A stretch of 64,000 nucleotides of DNA, from contig JACRCV010000006.1 in the NCBI GenBank assembly GCA_016218825.1, positions 6,797 through 70,796 of the forward strand, in the 5' to 3' direction. A program made the position numbers and the translations under genes. The notes under the pieces were generated by a model, which did no database searches, was not told the origin of the DNA, and worked only from the letters and a program-made list of their open reading frames with translations. Numbering within the stretch: the stretch's first letter is position 1; each line of letters starts with the position of its first letter. The stretch is from Deltaproteobacteria bacterium (GTDB lineage Bacteria > Myxococcota > XYA12-FULL-58-9). Shown here piece by piece: positions 29,270 through 39,170 of the stretch.

Positions 29270-31612
29270 GTGACCAGCACTCTTCCCAACGGCATAGAGC
29301 TCGGTCGCTACCGCATCGTCAAGCTGCTCGGGCGTGGCGCGTCGGGGAACGTGTACCTGGCGCGCGACAACCTGCTCGACGTCGACGTCGCGTTGAAGGC
29401 CTTCCTGCCGGCGGTGATCGAGTCCGAGGAGGCCTGGGAGCGGGTGCGGCGCGAGCTGTTGCTCGCCCGGCGCCTGGCGCACCGCGGCATCTGCCGCTTG
29501 TTCGATCTGCACGCCGAAGGCGGCACGCGCTTCATCACCATGGAGTACATCGAGGGTCAGAGCCTCGAGGAGATCCTGGAGCGCGAGGCGCCGCTCGCCC
29601 CGGGGCGCGCGGTGGCCATCGCCTGCGCGCTGCTCGACGCGCTCGCCGTCGCGCATGACGCCGGCATCACCCACCGCGATCTGAAGCCGATGAACGTCAT
29701 CATCGACAGCTCCGGGCGGGTGGTGATCCTCGACTTCGGGTTCGCGAAGGGCAAGGGCGGCCGCGAGGTGACGCAGGCGGGCTCCTACGTCGGCACCCCG
29801 GCCTACATGGCGCCGGAGCTCTTCGGCGGCGTCGCGGCCTCGGCCGAGACCGATCTGTGGGCGGTCGCGGTCATTCTGTTTCGCGCCTTGACCCGGGTGG
29901 CGCCGTTCGCGGGTGACAACCTGCTCGAGGTCGGGCGGGCGGTCGTCAACGATCTGCCGGAGTCGCCGGCGCGCATCACCGGCACCGTCCCGGAGACGCT
30001 GTCGGCGGTGGTGATGCGGGCGCTCGACAAGACCCCCGGTCGTCGTTACCCGTCGGCGCGCGTCTTTGCCGCCGCCCTGGCGTCGTTCGCCGACGCCAAG
30101 GTCCTGCCGTCGCAGCCCGGGCTGGCGCCGGAGTGGGGGCCGCCGACCGCCGCCTATGATTCTCCACCCGGCGAGACCAGCGCCTCGATCACCGCCGCCT
30201 CGGGCATAGCGCCACTGGAGATCGGCGGCATCACCGCGCTGACGCCGCTCATCACCGACGGCCCGATGCCGCGGCTGGAGCGCACCGCGGTGACCGGCGA
30301 CGCTTCGTTCTCGCAGGTGATCCGCGGCAACATCGTGCCGACCACCATCCTGTTCTCCGACATCGTCGGCTTCACCAGCTACTTCGACCACTTCGGTGAC
30401 GTCCGCGGCCGCAAGCTGCTCGAGACCCACAACAAGCTGCTGCTGCCGATCATCGATGCCAACCACGGCAAGGTGGTGAAGACCATCGGCGACGCGATCA
30501 TGGCGATGTTCCCTTCCGCGGACGACGGGGTCAGCGCCGGGATCGCGATGCAGCGCAGCCTGGTGCTGCACAACGGCGGCGCCCCCCGCGAGGACCGGAT
30601 CACGATCCGCATCGGCCTGCACTCGGGCGACGCCATCGTCGAGAAGCAGGACGTCTTCGGCAACACCGTGAACGTCGCGGCGCGGATCGCGGCGCGCTCG
30701 GAGGGCGGCCAGATCCTGATCTCGGCCCAGACCCACGCGGCGCTCACCCTGCAGTCGGGCATGGTCACCTTCCACACCGCCGCCGAGCTCAAGGGCAAGG
30801 AGGAGGTCTACGACCTTTACCGGGTGCAGTGGCACGAGGGGACCGAGCCGGTGCCGCGGCTCACCGAGTCCGCCGAGCTCCCCGAGGAGCCGCCGGAGGG
30901 CACCGACCCCGAGGTGTTGCCGGACAAGCCGGAGGCGACCAGCCGCACCCGGCCCGACATCCTGGCGCCGCCGCGCACCACCAAGTGGGTGGCCGCGGGA
31001 GCGACGCTGCTCTTGGTCGCGGTCGCCGTGCTGCTGTTGGCGCTGTGGTCGCCCCCTTGGCTGTCCCGGATCCTCCCGGCGGCGGTGCCGCTGCCCGCGG
31101 AGGAGGCCGCGGCCGGCACGATCACCGAGCTGCAAGTGGCGCCACCGCCGTCGGTCGCCACCGAGACCACGATCCAGTCTCCGGTCAAGCCGCTCACCCC
31201 GGTCCAGAGTGAAGACAAGGCCACGGGCCGCAAGCGCGCGCTGCTGCAGGCCCAGGCGCAGAGGGTCGATCAGGCACTGCAGGCGAAGGGCATCATCGAG
31301 GGGGACCTCGCGGAGCTCGATCTCGCCTGTCGCCGGGCGGACCGGTTGGCGCGCCAAGGGCGCTACGAGGACGCGGTGACCTCGTTCAAGCACGCGGAGC
31401 AGGTGGCCCTCGCCGCGGTGATCGACAAGGGGTTCGTCAGCGCCAAGCTGATGCGCTTCAACCGCCAGTTCGACCGGGTCCGCAACAAGGCTCTGAAGAA
31501 GAAGCTCGAGCCGGTGGGGCAGACGGTGCTGAACGCGATCGCGGCCGGCGATGAAGAGGCCGCCAACCGCCACTTGAACCGGGGGTTCAGCATGCTGAAG
31601 GGGCCCCCTTAG
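29270..31612 (+). CDS. Ser/Thr kinase - class III adenylate cyclase - TM - extracytoplasmic helical domain
   Basis: GRGASG, VALK, HRDLKPMN, DFG, GTPAYMAPE; cyclase FSDIVGFT, KTIGDA, IGLHSG, DVFGNTVNVAAR; TM WVAAGATLLLVAVAVLLLAL. Confidence 0.92.
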   Translation: MTSTLPNGIELGRYRIVKLLGRGASGNVYLARDNLLDVDVALKAFLPAVIESEEAWERVRRELLLARRLAHRGICRLFDLHAEGGTRFITMEYIEGQSLEEILEREAPLAPGRAVAIACALLDALAVAHDAGITHRDLKPMNVIIDSSGRVVILDFGFAKGKGGREVTQAGSYVGTPAYMAPELFGGVAASAETDLWAVAVILFRALTRVAPFAGDNLLEVGRAVVNDLPESPARITGTVPETLSAVVMRALDKTPGRRYPSARVFAAALASFADAKVLPSQPGLAPEWGPPTAAYDSPPGETSASITAASGIAPLEIGGITALTPLITDGPMPRLERTAVTGDASFSQVIRGNIVPTTILFSDIVGFTSYFDHFGDVRGRKLLETHNKLLLPIIDANHGKVVKTIGDAIMAMFPSADDGVSAGIAMQRSLVLHNGGAPREDRITIRIGLHSGDAIVEKQDVFGNTVNVAARIAARSEGGQILISAQTHAALTLQSGMVTFHTAAELKGKEEVYDLYRVQWHEGTEPVPRLTESAELPEEPPEGTDPEVLPDKPEATSRTRPDILAPPRTTKWVAAGATLLLVAVAVLLLALWSPPWLSRILPAAVPLPAEEAAAGTITELQVAPPPSVATETTIQSPVKPLTPVQSEDKATGRKRALLQAQAQRVDQALQAKGIIEGDLAELDLACRRADRLARQGRYEDAVTSFKHAEQVALAAVIDKGFVSAKLMRFNRQFDRVRNKALKKKLEPVGQTVLNAIAAGDEEAANRHLNRGFSMLKGPP

Positions 31613-31670
31613 CAATCCGACCAGCGTGCCATGTTACTGATTCTGACCTCGGGGGCGAGCAGGTGAACGG

Positions 31671-31946
31671 ATGTCTGAGATCAAGATTGAACGGTCGCAC
31701 AAGCTCGGCAGCGACGAAGCCAAGAAGCGCTTTGCCGGCATCGAGGCCAAGCTCAAGGAGCGTTACGGCGTCGCGCTCGAGTGGCAGGGCCACAACGCCA
31801 CGGTGAAGGGCTCGGGCGTCACCGGTGACGTCAAGGTGACGAGCGACCGCATCGCGGTGGTCCTGAGGCTCGGCTTCCTGGTGCGGCCGTTCGCGGCGAA
31901 GATCAGAGAGGCCATCGAGCGCCAGGTGGACGAGAAGCTGGTGTAG
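31671..31946 (+). CDS. Polyhydroxyalkanoic acid system family protein (PHA_gran_rgn)
   Basis: IERSHKLG.DEAK..WQG..VKGSGVTG..LGFLVRPF..KI pattern, 91 aa. Confidence 0.85.
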   Translation: MSEIKIERSHKLGSDEAKKRFAGIEAKLKERYGVALEWQGHNATVKGSGVTGDVKVTSDRIAVVLRLGFLVRPFAAKIREAIERQVDEKLV

Positions 31947-31984
31947 CGCCTCCGGGCGTCGTGCTAGGGTCGGCGGCGAGGGCG

Positions 31985-32497
31985 ATGAAGAAGACCAGGC
32001 CACCCGAAGCGGCGAGTGTCTCCGACGCGGTGTCGCGGCGCGACTTCCTGGCCGACAGCGGTCGGCTGGTCACCGCGGCGTGCCTCGCCGGGGTGACGGC
32101 CGGCGCGGTGCGCTTGAGCCTCCCGGACGTCGAGAGCGGCCGGCGGCCGCGGGCGCGGCTCGGCGCGCCTGCCGACTTCAAGATGGGGACGGTGACCTGG
32201 CTGCAAGAGCACGAGCTCTTCGTCTGCCACAAGGCGCACGGCTTCGCGGCCTTCTCCTCGCGCTGTCCGCATCTCGGCTGCACGGTGCGGCGCACCACCA
32301 CCGGCTTTCGCTGCCCGTGTCACGGCGCGCGCTTCGACCCCGAGGGCCGGGTGGTCTCCGGGCCGGCGCGCCGGGCCCTCGACTGGTTCGCGGTCGAGAC
32401 CGGCCCCGACGGCCAGCTGTGGGTCGACCGGAGCCGCGCCACCGAGCCCGGCAGCTTCACCCCCTTGCGGGTCGCGGCCGCGGAGTCGGCCGGATGA
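31985..32497 (+). CDS. Rieske 2Fe-2S subunit of a Rieske/cytochrome b complex
   Basis: Tat motif SRRDFL; boxes CPHLGC and CPCHGARF; GPA..AL. Confidence 0.93.
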   Translation: MKKTRPPEAASVSDAVSRRDFLADSGRLVTAACLAGVTAGAVRLSLPDVESGRRPRARLGAPADFKMGTVTWLQEHELFVCHKAHGFAAFSSRCPHLGCTVRRTTTGFRCPCHGARFDPEGRVVSGPARRALDWFAVETGPDGQLWVDRSRATEPGSFTPLRVAAAESAG

Positions 32498-33858
32498 GCT
32501 TCGTGGCCGACGTCGTCCGCGCGGCGCGGGCGCTGCCCCAGAACCTGCGTCACGACCTGCACCCCGGGGTGTCGGCCGACGACAGTCCGGGCTCGCGCCT
32601 GCGGCGCAGCTTCCTCTACCACCTGTTCCCGCTGCGGGTGACCGAGCGCGCCCTCGCGCCGGCCACCACCTTCGGGCTCGGGCTCGTCAGCGTCGCGCTC
32701 TTCATTCTCCTCACGGTCACCGGCCTGTTGTTGATGTTCTACTACGTGCCGACGCCGCGCGACGCTTACGGCAGCATGCTCGACATCGACAACGTCGTGA
32801 CCTTTGGCCGCCTCTGCCGCCGCCTGCATCGCTTCGGCGCCGACCTGATGGTGGCCGTCGTCTTGTTGCACCTCGTCCGAGTGGTGGCCCAGGCCGCGTA
32901 CCGGCGTCGCGAGCTCAACTGGCTCATCGGCCTCGGGCTCGCGTCGCTGCTCGTCGGCCTGGCGTTCACCGGGTATCTGTTGCCCTGGGACCAGCGGTCG
33001 TACTGGGCGGTGCGCGTGGTCACCGAGCTGTTGGGCTTGTTGCCGGTCGTCGGCCGGGCGATGCAGCTCGTCTTGGTGGGCGGCGCCGAGGTCGGCGCGG
33101 CGACCTTGTCGCGTTTCTACGCCTTGCACGTGGCCCTGTTGCCGCTCGGGATGCTCGGGTGTTTGGTGTGGCATCTGTGGCGGATCCGCAAGGACGGCGG
33201 GCTGGCGGCGGTCGAGGTCGATCCGCCGACGGTCGCGGCCTGGCCGCACCTGGTGCTCCGGGTGTCGCTGGTGCTGCTCGGCACGACCGCGCTCGTGCTG
33301 TTCGTCGCCCTGGTACAAGACGCGCCGCTCGCGCCGCTCGCCAACCCGCTGCGGCCCGAGAACCCCGAGAAGGCGCCGTGGTACTTCCTCGCGGTGCAGG
33401 AGATGGTGAGCTACTCGGCGTTGACCGGCGGCGTCGTCATTCCGGTGTTGACCGCGCTGGGGTTCTTGGCGCTGCCGTTTCTCGACCGCGCCGACCTTGA
33501 CGTCGGATACTGGCTCGGAGCGCGCGGCGAACGGCGCACGGTGCTGGTCGCGGTCGTGGCGAGCGGTGTCGTGCTCGGCCTTGGCACCGTCGCCTACCTC
33601 ACGCCCGAGCTCGGCGCGGTCCTCGAGGCGCTGCCGCCCTGGGCACACGACGTCTTGAACCCGGCGGGCCTGATGTTGTGCTGGACGGCGCTCGTCGTCG
33701 TCGGCACCGGCCTGCGCACCGACGCGGTGCGGCCGGCGTTGCGTGCCGGGATCGGGGCGCTCTTCGTCGGCCTGTGTGTGTTCACCCTCCTCGGGATGCT
33801 GCGCGGGCCGGACTGGGGTCTGGCCTCGCCGTGGGAGGCGTTCCGCCGTGTCTTTTGA
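32494..33858 (+). CDS. Cytochrome b with fused subunit IV
   Basis: Heme His in RRLHRFG..LLHL and ALHV..WHL; GYLLPWDQ; APWYF (PEWY equivalent); ATGA overlap with the Rieske gene. Confidence 0.93.
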   Translation: MSFVADVVRAARALPQNLRHDLHPGVSADDSPGSRLRRSFLYHLFPLRVTERALAPATTFGLGLVSVALFILLTVTGLLLMFYYVPTPRDAYGSMLDIDNVVTFGRLCRRLHRFGADLMVAVVLLHLVRVVAQAAYRRRELNWLIGLGLASLLVGLAFTGYLLPWDQRSYWAVRVVTELLGLLPVVGRAMQLVLVGGAEVGAATLSRFYALHVALLPLGMLGCLVWHLWRIRKDGGLAAVEVDPPTVAAWPHLVLRVSLVLLGTTALVLFVALVQDAPLAPLANPLRPENPEKAPWYFLAVQEMVSYSALTGGVVIPVLTALGFLALPFLDRADLDVGYWLGARGERRTVLVAVVASGVVLGLGTVAYLTPELGAVLEALPPWAHDVLNPAGLMLCWTALVVVGTGLRTDAVRPALRAGIGALFVGLCVFTLLGMLRGPDWGLASPWEAFRRVF

Positions 33859-34861
33859 CCCGAGGCACGACTCCCGCCGGCTCTTCGAGCTGCTGCTGCT
33901 CGTGGCGTCGGTGCTCTTCGCCGGCCTCGCGATCGCGGCGGCGCAGGGGCTGTCCCGGCCCTGGAAGGCGTTTCAGGCGCAATTCGTGGCGCTCGGCCTC
34001 GGCAAGTCCGAGGTCCCGCCTGGCATCGTCGAGGTGTCGACCTGCGACGGCGACGTCGATCGCTGCACCACCTGTCACTTGGGGGCGGCGCGTCTGGACC
34101 TGAACGTCGCGGCGATCGGCCACCCGTTCCGCTCGCACCGCCCAGCGCTCGGGTCGCACACCCCGGAGCGCATGGGCTGCACCGCTTGCCACGGGGGCGT
34201 CGGCCGCGCCCTCGATGTCGACCGCGCCCACGCGCTCGCCGGCACCGCCGGCGTCGACCCGCTGCTGAAGACGCCCTTCGTGCTCGCCAGCTGCGGCCGC
34301 TGTCACGTGCCGGGGGACCGGCCGGGGACCGAGACCCTGGTGCAGGGGGCGCTGTTGTACCTGCAGCTCGGCTGCGCGATCTGTCACAGCTTGACCGCGG
34401 GCGGCATCGGCGCCTGGGACGACGGCCCGGAGCTGCGCGCCCTCGGCCGGCGCTCGAAGGTGGAGCTCGAGACCAGCCTCTTCGAGCCGGCGGCGGATTT
34501 CCCCGAGTCGACGATGCCGTCCTACGAGCCGACCTTCGAAGGCCATCCCGAGGAGCTGACGGTGCTCTCGACCTACGTTCAGGCGCTCACCCTCACGCGC
34601 CTGCCGGCGTGCGCCACGGCGGCGGCGCGCGACCTCGGCGCTCTGAGCGTGGCGTGCTCCCGGTGTCATCTGGACGGCGGCCCGGCCGCGGGCGTGCCGC
34701 ATCGCTGCAGCTACATCCTCGAGCGCAAGGCCGAGCTGCGGTGTCGCGGCTGCCACGGCGCCGCCACGGGGAAGAACGCGGCGCAAGACTGTCCGGTCGT
34801 CGCGGCGCATCGGCCGGCGTGCGTTGCCTGTCATTGGGGATCCGAGACCCTGCGGCGCTGA
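33848..34861 (+). CDS. Membrane-anchored 7-heme cytochrome c
   Basis: N-terminal TM; CTTCH, CTACH, CGRCH, CAICH, CSRCH, CRGCH, CVACH; overlaps the cytochrome b stop. Confidence 0.9.
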   Translation: MSFDPRHDSRRLFELLLLVASVLFAGLAIAAAQGLSRPWKAFQAQFVALGLGKSEVPPGIVEVSTCDGDVDRCTTCHLGAARLDLNVAAIGHPFRSHRPALGSHTPERMGCTACHGGVGRALDVDRAHALAGTAGVDPLLKTPFVLASCGRCHVPGDRPGTETLVQGALLYLQLGCAICHSLTAGGIGAWDDGPELRALGRRSKVELETSLFEPAADFPESTMPSYEPTFEGHPEELTVLSTYVQALTLTRLPACATAAARDLGALSVACSRCHLDGGPAAGVPHRCSYILERKAELRCRGCHGAATGKNAAQDCPVVAAHRPACVACHWGSETLRR

Positions 34862-34882
34862 GGGCGAGAGGAGCGTTACGGT

Positions 34883-35443
34883 ATGGACATCAACCGGCGG
34901 GAGCTGATCTCGGGGCTGGTGGCGCTCGGCGTCGCCGGGAGCGCCTGCCGCGGCCGGGCCGACGCCGACCCGCGGGCGCGCGCCTGGTACGGTCGGCTGC
35001 CGGCCGATCGGCAACGGGCGCTGGCGGCGGCGGTCGACCGCGTCCTGCCCGGCGCGGTGGCCGCCGGGGCGATGGTGTACCTCGACTATTGGTTGACGCG
35101 GCCGCCGTTCATCTTTGCCCAGCGCGAGTTCGACACCGCGGCCCTCCTGCTCAACCGCGCCGCCGAGCAGCGCTTCAAGAAGAGCTTCGCCGACGCCAGC
35201 GGCGTGGAGGCGGACGTGGTGCTCGGGTTGTTCGAGAAGGGGGAGATCAAGGGCAAGCACTTCGACGGCCGCGAGTTCTTCAAGCGCCTCGTGACCCTCA
35301 CCATCGAGAGCTACCTCGCCGATCCCAAGTACGGCGGCAACCAGGGGCAGGTGGGCTGGGAGCTCGCCCGTTGGCACCATTGCTGGTACTCGCCGCGCCA
35401 CGTCGACCAGCTCGCGCCCCGCGTCGGCGCGCTCCCTTACTGA
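34883..35443 (+). CDS. Gluconate 2-dehydrogenase subunit 3 family protein (Tat)
   Basis: NRRELISG Tat motif; DRVLPGA..GAMVYLD, F.KSFAD, FF..L..LTIESYLADPKYGGN..GW. Confidence 0.88.
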   Translation: MDINRRELISGLVALGVAGSACRGRADADPRARAWYGRLPADRQRALAAAVDRVLPGAVAAGAMVYLDYWLTRPPFIFAQREFDTAALLLNRAAEQRFKKSFADASGVEADVVLGLFEKGEIKGKHFDGREFFKRLVTLTIESYLADPKYGGNQGQVGWELARWHHCWYSPRHVDQLAPRVGALPY

Positions 35444-35451
35444 GGTGAACG

Positions 35452-37119
35452 ATGGCGGCGCGTGAGCAGGTGGACGTGGTGGTGGTGGGGAGCGGCGCCG
35501 GCGGCGCGCCGATCGCCGCGACCTTGGCCGAGGCCGGGGCGAGCGTCGTGGTGCTCGAGAAGGGGCCGTACTACACCATCCGCGACTTCACCCACGACGA
35601 GGTCGGCATCTGCCGCCGGAACTTCTTCGTCCCGTTTCCCGACGACGATCCGCACGTCCTCGTCAAGGACGGCGCCGCGCCGGTTCGCACCGCCGAGGGC
35701 TTCACCTCGCAGTGCGTCGGCGGCGCGACCGTGCACATGAGCGGCTTCACCTACCGTCTCAAAGAGCAGGATCTGCGCCTGCGGACCCTGCTCGGGGGCA
35801 TGAGCGGCGCCGAGCTCGCCGACTGGCCGCTGTCGATCGCCGAGCTGACACCCTTCTACGACCTCGCCGAGGCGGCGTTGGGGGTCTCGGGTCAAGCCGG
35901 CATCAATCCCTTCGATCCGCCGCGCCGGCCGTATCCGCTGCCGGCCTTGCGTCCCCACCCGGCCGCGGCGCTCATCGACGCCGCCGCCAAGCGCCTCGGG
36001 CACCATCCGTTTCCCACGCCGCGGGCGATCGTGTCGCGATCGTACGGGACGCGGCCGCCGTGCAACTACTGCGGGTTGTGCGGCGAGTACGGCTGCGAGA
36101 ACGGCTCGAAGTCGAGCGTGCTCGCGACCTTCATTCCCCGCGCCGAGGCGACGGGTCGCTGTCAGATCCGCGACCACGCCATGGCGCAGCGGATCCTCAC
36201 CGACGCCGACGGTCGGGCGACCGGCGTCGAGTACCTCGATTCCCACGGCGAGCTGCAGCTGGTGCAGGCGCGGGTGGTGGTGGTGGCGGCGAGCGCGATC
36301 GAGAGCGCGCGGCTGTTGTTGCTGTCGCACAGCAGCCTGTTTCCGAACGGTCTCGCGAACAGCTCCGGGCTGGTCGGCAAGAACTTGACCTTCTCCAACT
36401 TCGGCAAGGCGACCGCGGTGTTCGATCGGGGTGCCATCGCCGCCGCGGTGGGCGAGGCGGACCTGGGCCTGCCGTTCTTGCAGCGCAGCGTGCAGGACGA
36501 CTATTGGATCCCGAAGGCGGGGCTGGCGCTGCCGAAGGGTGGCACCTACAACTTCCTGCTCCATCACCCGAACCCGATCAACGCCGGGGTGCGCCTGGCG
36601 CTCGACTCCGACTGGGCGCTGTGGGGAGCCGATCTCAAGGAGGCGATGCGGCGCTACTTCCAGGACGAGGTCTGGATCGAGTTCGAGATCTTCGGCGAGT
36701 TTCTCGCTACCGCCGGCACCTTCGTCGAGCTGGATCCGGAGGCGACCGACCGCTTCGGCCTGCCGGCGGCGCGCATCAACGTCAAGCACCACCCGGAAGA
36801 CGTGAAGACCAACACCTACATGACGAAGCGGGGCATCGAGATCCTACAGTCGGTGACGCCGCAGGCGAAGTCGGTGAAGCCGTGGACCTGGGGCGGCACC
36901 ACGATGCACCTGCAACACGGCACTTGTCGTTTCGGCACCGACCCGTCGCGCTCGGTGTTGAACCCGTTCTGCGAGGCGCACGACGTCAAAGGCCTCTTCG
37001 TCACCGACGCCAGCTTCATGCCGACCTCCGGCGGCGTGCCGGCCACCCCGACCATCATCGCCAACAGCCTGCGGGTCGCGCACCACGTCCGGGAGCGGTT
37101 CGGGCGGCGGGAGCTCTGA
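35452..37119 (+). CDS. GMC-family FAD oxidoreductase (sugar-dehydrogenase flavoprotein type) with Fe-S motif
   Basis: VVGSGAGG, CVGGATVH, CNYCGLCGEYGC, HGTCRFG, LFVTDASFMPTSGGVPATPTI. Confidence 0.92.
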   Translation: MAAREQVDVVVVGSGAGGAPIAATLAEAGASVVVLEKGPYYTIRDFTHDEVGICRRNFFVPFPDDDPHVLVKDGAAPVRTAEGFTSQCVGGATVHMSGFTYRLKEQDLRLRTLLGGMSGAELADWPLSIAELTPFYDLAEAALGVSGQAGINPFDPPRRPYPLPALRPHPAAALIDAAAKRLGHHPFPTPRAIVSRSYGTRPPCNYCGLCGEYGCENGSKSSVLATFIPRAEATGRCQIRDHAMAQRILTDADGRATGVEYLDSHGELQLVQARVVVVAASAIESARLLLLSHSSLFPNGLANSSGLVGKNLTFSNFGKATAVFDRGAIAAAVGEADLGLPFLQRSVQDDYWIPKAGLALPKGGTYNFLLHHPNPINAGVRLALDSDWALWGADLKEAMRRYFQDEVWIEFEIFGEFLATAGTFVELDPEATDRFGLPAARINVKHHPEDVKTNTYMTKRGIEILQSVTPQAKSVKPWTWGGTTMHLQHGTCRFGTDPSRSVLNPFCEAHDVKGLFVTDASFMPTSGGVPATPTIIANSLRVAHHVRERFGRREL

Positions 37120-37167
37120 GCCGTCGACCGCGACGACGCCTTCGCGCTGTAGTGATCTTCGCCGCCG

Positions 37168-38652
37168 CTATTCTCCGAGCGTCGCGAGCATCGCCGCCAC
37201 CGCCGCCGGCATCTCGTGCTGCGCCGCCATCTCGCGCATGTGATCCTTGAGGTAGCTGTGCTCGATCAGGAGCTTCAACACGTCGACGAGGTAGGCGCGC
37301 TTGGCGGCCGGCAGCGACTCGAGGCGCGCGAACTTGTCGTGAAAGAACGAGCCGGTGGCGCGCAGCAGCGCGCGCCGCACCTCGTCGATCGTCATCGATC
37401 GCGGTTTGACCACGGGCTCGATGAGGTTGTAGCGCGAGTAGTCGCGGCTGGTGACGTGCGCCTCGAGCTGCGGGTAGAGATCGGCGTAAGGCCAGGGCGT
37501 CAGCGCCAGGAAGAAGGCCATGTCGGGCGCGTACCACTTCGCGAGCTCGACGGTGCGGGCGATCGACGCCGGTGTTTCGTCGAGCGTGCCGAGCACGAAT
37601 GAGGTCTCGCTGACGATGCCGTGGTCATTGATCATCGCGATCGCCCGCTTGGCGTCGGCGACGCGGGTCTCCTTCTTGTACAGGTCGAGGGTCGCCTGGC
37701 TCGTGGACTCGACGCCGACGTAGATGTGCGAGATGCCGGCGGCGCGGTACTGCCCCAGGAGCGCCGCGTCGCGCAGGATGTCGTCGATGCGCGTCTCCAT
37801 CAACAGCTCGACGCCGACCCGGCGGTCGATGAGCAGCCTCAAGATCTCCTGCCAGCGGGTCGGATCGACCGTCGGCGTTTCGTCGGCGAGCATGGCCACC
37901 TGGACGTCGAAGCGGTCGCGCAAGCGCTCGAGCTCTTCGACCACGGCGAGCGGCCGCCGGCCGCGCCAAGAGCGCGCCCAGAACTTCTGCTGGGAACAGA
38001 ACGAGCACTGCTTCTGGCAGCCGCGGGAGGTGCTGATGATGGCGAGCCGACCGGCAGGGTGGGGGCGATAGAAGTAGCGCGGCCAGTCCACCGCGTCCCA
38101 GGCCGGCGTGAGGCGATCGAGATCGGCGCACAAGGGCCGGGGCGGGTTCTGCACCGCGATGCCGTCGCGGCGCCAGGCGACGCCGCGCACCGGTCCCAGA
38201 TCGGTCGTGTGCGCTGCGCCGGGTGTCGCGGCGACGGCCGCGACGACCTCCGCCAGGGTCTGCTCGCCCTCCCCGCACACGATCGCCTCGACGGCCGGGT
38301 CCGCGCCGAGGATCTCGCGCCACATGAACGTCGGGTGCTGATTGCCGAGCAGGGTCAGGATGCGTGGATCGACGGCCTTGGCGCTACGGCAAACCCGGCG
38401 AGCGTCGGGCTCCATCGCGGTGATCGCGGTGACGCCGACGACGTCGGGGCGGAAGCGCTCGATCTCCTTGGCGATCGCATCGTGGTCATGGCGAAGCGAC
38501 ATCGCGTCGTAGAGGTAGACCTCGGCGCCCGCCTGGCGAGCTGCACCCGCCAGGTAGACCAGGTGCAGCGGCAGCCACACCCCGGCGGCCTCGACCACGC
38601 CCGTGTGGTACGGGGGGGTGATCAGCATCACGCGGCGGCGAGCGCTCGTCAT
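37168..38652 (-). CDS. Cobalamin-binding radical SAM protein (class B methyltransferase-like)
   Basis: N-terminal B12-binding Rossmann (PLHLVYLAG, PDVVGVT, GNQHPT); STSRGCQKQCSFC (CxxxCxxC); LADE, GVES; no signal peptide. Confidence 0.93.
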   Translation of the reverse strand: MTSARRRVMLITPPYHTGVVEAAGVWLPLHLVYLAGAARQAGAEVYLYDAMSLRHDHDAIAKEIERFRPDVVGVTAITAMEPDARRVCRSAKAVDPRILTLLGNQHPTFMWREILGADPAVEAIVCGEGEQTLAEVVAAVAATPGAAHTTDLGPVRGVAWRRDGIAVQNPPRPLCADLDRLTPAWDAVDWPRYFYRPHPAGRLAIISTSRGCQKQCSFCSQQKFWARSWRGRRPLAVVEELERLRDRFDVQVAMLADETPTVDPTRWQEILRLLIDRRVGVELLMETRIDDILRDAALLGQYRAAGISHIYVGVESTSQATLDLYKKETRVADAKRAIAMINDHGIVSETSFVLGTLDETPASIARTVELAKWYAPDMAFFLALTPWPYADLYPQLEAHVTSRDYSRYNLIEPVVKPRSMTIDEVRRALLRATGSFFHDKFARLESLPAAKRAYLVDVLKLLIEHSYLKDHMREMAAQHEMPAAVAAMLATLGE

Positions 38653-39170
38653 CGGCGGGCGCCTCCGGACGCGGCGGGGCCGGGCAGGGGCGCGGCGGGA
38701 GCGTCACTCGGGGGCGCGACGGTGGTGGTGGCGATCGTCCGGGCGCGGGCGACCCGATACGCGCCGGCGGCGCGCGCGACCTCGAGCTCCATCACCATGT
38801 CGGCGACCACCAGCGGCCCCGGCTCGCTCCCCGGAGCGGCGCCCCGATCTCGATACCGCCAGCGCTCCTCGGTCCTTACGATGACCAACTCGGGAGCCCG
38901 CTCCTCGACGCCGACGACCCGAAAGGCGAGGAGCTCGGCCTCCAGGACCACGCCGGCCGCGCGCTTGAGATCGATGAGGGCGCGGACCCGTTGGACCTCG
39001 TCCGGGCGCGCGACGCCGGCGAGGTCGGAGCTGTCGCCGGTGCCGTAGGCATCCGCGAGGGCGTCGGCGTAGGCGCGCACCGCGCGGGCCGCCGGGTGAT
39101 CGGCCTGCGCCGGCCGGCAGCCGGCGAGCGCGTCGGCGAGCAGGAAGAGCGCCGTCGGGGCCCGGCTCAC
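38649..39170 (-). CDS. Small putative lipoprotein (173 aa), possibly NTF2-like
   Basis: GTG 39170 overlaps the ccsA stop and its TGA overlaps the radical SAM ATG; lipobox LAGC; helices followed by beta strands (RTEERWRYRD). It is the tail of track ORF 38649-39827. Confidence 0.72.
   Translation of the reverse strand: MSRAPTALFLLADALAGCRPAQADHPAARAVRAYADALADAYGTGDSSDLAGVARPDEVQRVRALIDLKRAAGVVLEAELLAFRVVGVEERAPELVIVRTEERWRYRDRGAAPGSEPGPLVVADMVMELEVARAAGAYRVARARTIATTTVAPPSDAPAAPLPGPAASGGARR

Noticed and set aside
27875-31615. 1246-aa minus-strand ORF; likewise 3282-6191, 11484-13943, 23162-25165, 25090-27699 and 53298-56132
   Set aside because: All overlap well-supported genes on the other strand and have shadow-type composition.
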